Shown in pieces: positions 61,280-64,000 of a DNA stretch of 64,000 nt (the first letter of the stretch is position 1; each line of letters begins with the position of its first letter). A program made the position numbers and the translations under genes. Under the pieces are notes generated by a model. It had not been told where the DNA came from, did no database searches, and saw only the letters and a list, made by a program, of their open reading frames with translations. This DNA comes from an uncultured delta proteobacterium (GTDB lineage: Bacteria > Desulfobacterota > Zymogenia > Zymogenales > Zymogenaceae), in contig CAVTLK010000003.1 in the NCBI GenBank assembly GCA_963735595.1, positions 32,001 to 96,000 on the forward strand, in the 5' to 3' direction.

Positions 61280-63490
61280 ATGCCACGAGCGGTCCAACAG
61301 ATAGAAAAACCCGCCGGGTGGGGCGGCACAACCCTCAAGGAAATGCTTAACGAGAGCCGCCGGCAGTTCGAAGAGACCGGCAGCTATTGCGGCGTCACCC
61401 ATCTGACGCTCAAGGAGGCCGACCCGCTTAAATACGAGCGGCTCTACTCGAGGCTTCGCGGTATGATGGTGGCCTCCCGCGAGGCGGCGCTCAGGGTCAG
61501 CGCGTCACCCATCGTCAAGGAGCTGGGCGAGCTCTGTTTTGCACTCTACACCCCGGAGGGGGACTCGGTGGTGCTGTCCACCGGCATCATCGTCCATGTC
61601 CACACGATGAGCATGGCCATAAAGTGGATGATCGATAACGACTACGAGGCCGACCCCTGTATCAACCGGGGGGACATATTCGGCAACAACGACCCGCTGA
61701 TCGGAGACGCGCACACGGCCGATGTCCAGAGCCTGACCCCGATCTTCTACGGCGAGGAGGTGGTCGGCTGGGTGGGGGCGGTCACGCACGTGATGGATTG
61801 CGGGGGAGTGGACGCCGGGGGGCTTCCGATCATGACGATCAACCGGTTCGGCGACGGCCTCTACCTCTCGTGCGAGAAGGTCGGGACCGATTGGAAACTC
61901 AGGCGCGACTACGAAATCCGGTGCGACCGAAACCTGCGCTACCCGCTCTTCTGGCACCTGGACGAAAAGGCGAGGCTGGCCGGCTCCCAGATCGTCCACG
62001 ATACGATCGGGGGGATTATCGATGAGTTCGGGATCGACTATTACAAGAGCTTCATCCGTGAGGTGATCGAGGAGGGGCGTCAGATCTTCACCAAGCGCGT
62101 CATCGAGCGGCTGTTCCCCGGCGTCTTTTCTTCGGTATCGTTTTACGACGTCGATCAGAAGAACGCCCCGCTGCCGTTGATCGCCGCGAAGGACAGTATC
62201 ATGCACGCTCCGGTCAGGGTGGAGATCAAGCCCGATGGGCAGTTGATCTTCGATATGGCCGGGACCAACCGCTGGAACTACCACCCGGCCAACTGCTCGA
62301 TCTCGGCGATGCAGGGAGGCTTCTGGGTCTCTATTACCCAGATGCTGGCCTACGACGGCAAGGTAAACGACGGGGCGTACCTGGCCACCGTCCAGCATTA
62401 CCCCTACGGCTCGTGGGCAAATCCCGACAACCCCCACGTCTCCAACTCCGCCACGTGGGGCCCCCTCATGAGTACCTATAACAACCTCTACCGGTGCCTC
62501 TCGAAGAGCTTCTTCGGACGGGGGTTTCGCGAGGAGATACTGGCAGGTTACGGGAACAACACCATGTGTCAGCTCGGGGGGACCGACCAGTACGGCAGGC
62601 CGTTGGGCATCATCAACTTCGAGCTTTCGGCGGCCGGCTGCGGGGCGCGGGCGATGATGGACGGCCTGGATACCGGCTACGCCGTTTGGAATACCGAGGC
62701 CGACCAGGGCAACGTCGAGATCTGGGAGATGTTCATACCCAAGGTCTACCTCGGCCGCAACCTTACCCCCGATTCGGCCGGCATGGGCAAACACCGCGGG
62801 GGATCGGGCTTTCACAGCGTCTACCTATTCTGGAACTCGAACAACGTCGAAGTCGTGAGTGCGGGACCGGGCAAGGTATTCGACAACTGCGGCATATTCG
62901 GCGGGTACCCGGGGGCGCGGGTAATGCGGCACAAGGAGATGGTCCTCAACTCGAACATCAGGGAGGTGGTCGCCACGTACCAGCCCTATCCGACGCGGGA
63001 AGGCGACCCGAACAACCCCGACATCATGACGATGCTCCAAGGCGACAAAAAAATCCTCGATTCCTCCATGATGCACCCGATCCCCATGAAGACCGGCGAC
63101 GTCTTCATCCAGCACTACCAGGGCGGGCCGGGTTACGGCGACCCGATCGAGCGCGACCCCGAGGCGGTGGTAAACGACCTTAACAACAATACCGCGCACC
63201 CGAGAAAGGCGCGCGACGTCTACGGGGTGGCGGTATCCTACAACGAGGCCGCAAAGCAGTGGGGGCATGACCCGGAAAAAACGAAAGGTCTTCGGGATGA
63301 GATTCGCGACCGCCGAAAAACACGGGGGGTCTCCGCACAGGAGTGGGTGAAGCAGGAGCGGGAGCGGATCGTCGGCGGGGAGCTGCCGCCGGTCGTAACG
63401 GGTATGTTCAGGGAGAGCATGGAACTCTCGATCCGGTTCTCAAACCAGTTTCGGGAGTTCTGGGGACTGCCCGAGGATTTCACGTTCTAA
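61280..63490 (+). CDS. acxB: Acetone carboxylase alpha-subunit-like (hydantoinase B family)
   Basis: SASPIVKELGELCF, STGIIVHVHTM, HTADV and GGPGYGDPIER. Confidence 0.87.
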   Translation: MPRAVQQIEKPAGWGGTTLKEMLNESRRQFEETGSYCGVTHLTLKEADPLKYERLYSRLRGMMVASREAALRVSASPIVKELGELCFALYTPEGDSVVLSTGIIVHVHTMSMAIKWMIDNDYEADPCINRGDIFGNNDPLIGDAHTADVQSLTPIFYGEEVVGWVGAVTHVMDCGGVDAGGLPIMTINRFGDGLYLSCEKVGTDWKLRRDYEIRCDRNLRYPLFWHLDEKARLAGSQIVHDTIGGIIDEFGIDYYKSFIREVIEEGRQIFTKRVIERLFPGVFSSVSFYDVDQKNAPLPLIAAKDSIMHAPVRVEIKPDGQLIFDMAGTNRWNYHPANCSISAMQGGFWVSITQMLAYDGKVNDGAYLATVQHYPYGSWANPDNPHVSNSATWGPLMSTYNNLYRCLSKSFFGRGFREEILAGYGNNTMCQLGGTDQYGRPLGIINFELSAAGCGARAMMDGLDTGYAVWNTEADQGNVEIWEMFIPKVYLGRNLTPDSAGMGKHRGGSGFHSVYLFWNSNNVEVVSAGPGKVFDNCGIFGGYPGARVMRHKEMVLNSNIREVVATYQPYPTREGDPNNPDIMTMLQGDKKILDSSMMHPIPMKTGDVFIQHYQGGPGYGDPIERDPEAVVNDLNNNTAHPRKARDVYGVAVSYNEAAKQWGHDPEKTKGLRDEIRDRRKTRGVSAQEWVKQERERIVGGELPPVVTGMFRESMELSIRFSNQFREFWGLPEDFTF

Positions 63491-63513
63491 CCGACCAGAG
63501 GTAGGAGCGAGCC

Positions 63514-64000
63514 ATGCCCGCGTATACGAAAGAAATGATAGCCGACCTGATCGACGGAAGGCTGCCCTGGGCGACGGTCAAGAATATCATGAGCGGGCCC
63601 AAGGACATCGATCGATTTGAGAAATATCTCGAAGTCCTCCAGGAGCGGGTTTCCTTCACGGAGACGATCCTGGTGCCGATAGCGGAGCACCTCTACGTCG
63701 TCCAGAAGCGGGGTCAGCGAATCGTCAAGTGCGACTGTGGTCATGAATTCGGTGACTACCGGAAAAACTGGAAGCTTTCGGCGCTCATCTATGTGCGTGA
63801 TACCGAAGAAAAGATGGATGAGATCTTCGAGGGGCTCCATAAGCCGGATACTGACTGGGCCGAAATACGGGAATACTACTGCCCCGGCTGCGCAAGCCAG
63901 CTCGAGGTGGAGGCCGTGCCCCCCGGATATCCGATCCTCTTCGACTTCCTTCCAGATATCGACGGTTTCTACGACATGCGGCCGGAGCTCAAGAAGAAGA
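63514..64000 (+). CDS. acxC: Acetone carboxylase gamma-subunit-like (runs off the window)
   Basis: Manual translation: MPAYTKEMIADLIDG...KDIDRF...KCDCGHEFGDYRKNWK...REYYCPGC...VEAVPPGYP. Confidence 0.9.
   Translation, partial: MPAYTKEMIADLIDGRLPWATVKNIMSGPKDIDRFEKYLEVLQERVSFTETILVPIAEHLYVVQKRGQRIVKCDCGHEFGDYRKNWKLSALIYVRDTEEKMDEIFEGLHKPDTDWAEIREYYCPGCASQLEVEAVPPGYPILFDFLPDIDGFYDMRPELKKK

Overview
GC-rich bacterial chromosomal segment from a diderm (lptB, lptC-lptA, kdsC), probably anaerobic organism; the taxon cannot be fixed from this window. It contains: three tandem patatin-like lipoproteins; a TetR / PAP2_3 / YghO-like GNAT operon (possible sphingolipid enzymes); LPS-transport genes with an LptC-LptA fusion; a two-domain ThyX; a heavily frameshifted maltodextrin-type ABC transporter; a complete oxidative ornithine-degradation operon (ord-ortAB-oraSE-reactivase-orr), in which the racemase is fused to a degenerate arginase domain, followed by an ArcE-like arginine synthetase and carbamate kinase; an AT-rich islet with an orphan Doc-type gene and two paralogous membrane proteins ending in a helix-turn-helix; a 9-kb tandem array of eight paralogous outer-membrane beta-barrel genes; a secreted five-domain beta/gamma-crystallin protein; a YfcC transporter; and acetone-carboxylase-like acxABC. 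The barrel array is the most unusual feature. It has nine barrel domains with variable loops, a near-invariant Cys/Pro C-terminal tail, a promoter, palindromic box and terminator for each gene, mosaic spacers, and one apparent double-barrel fusion. Many unrelated genes carry single-base frameshifts, which points to indel errors in the assembly, so frameshifted genes are not called pseudogenes. All family assignments come from motif recognition by eye; no searches were run.
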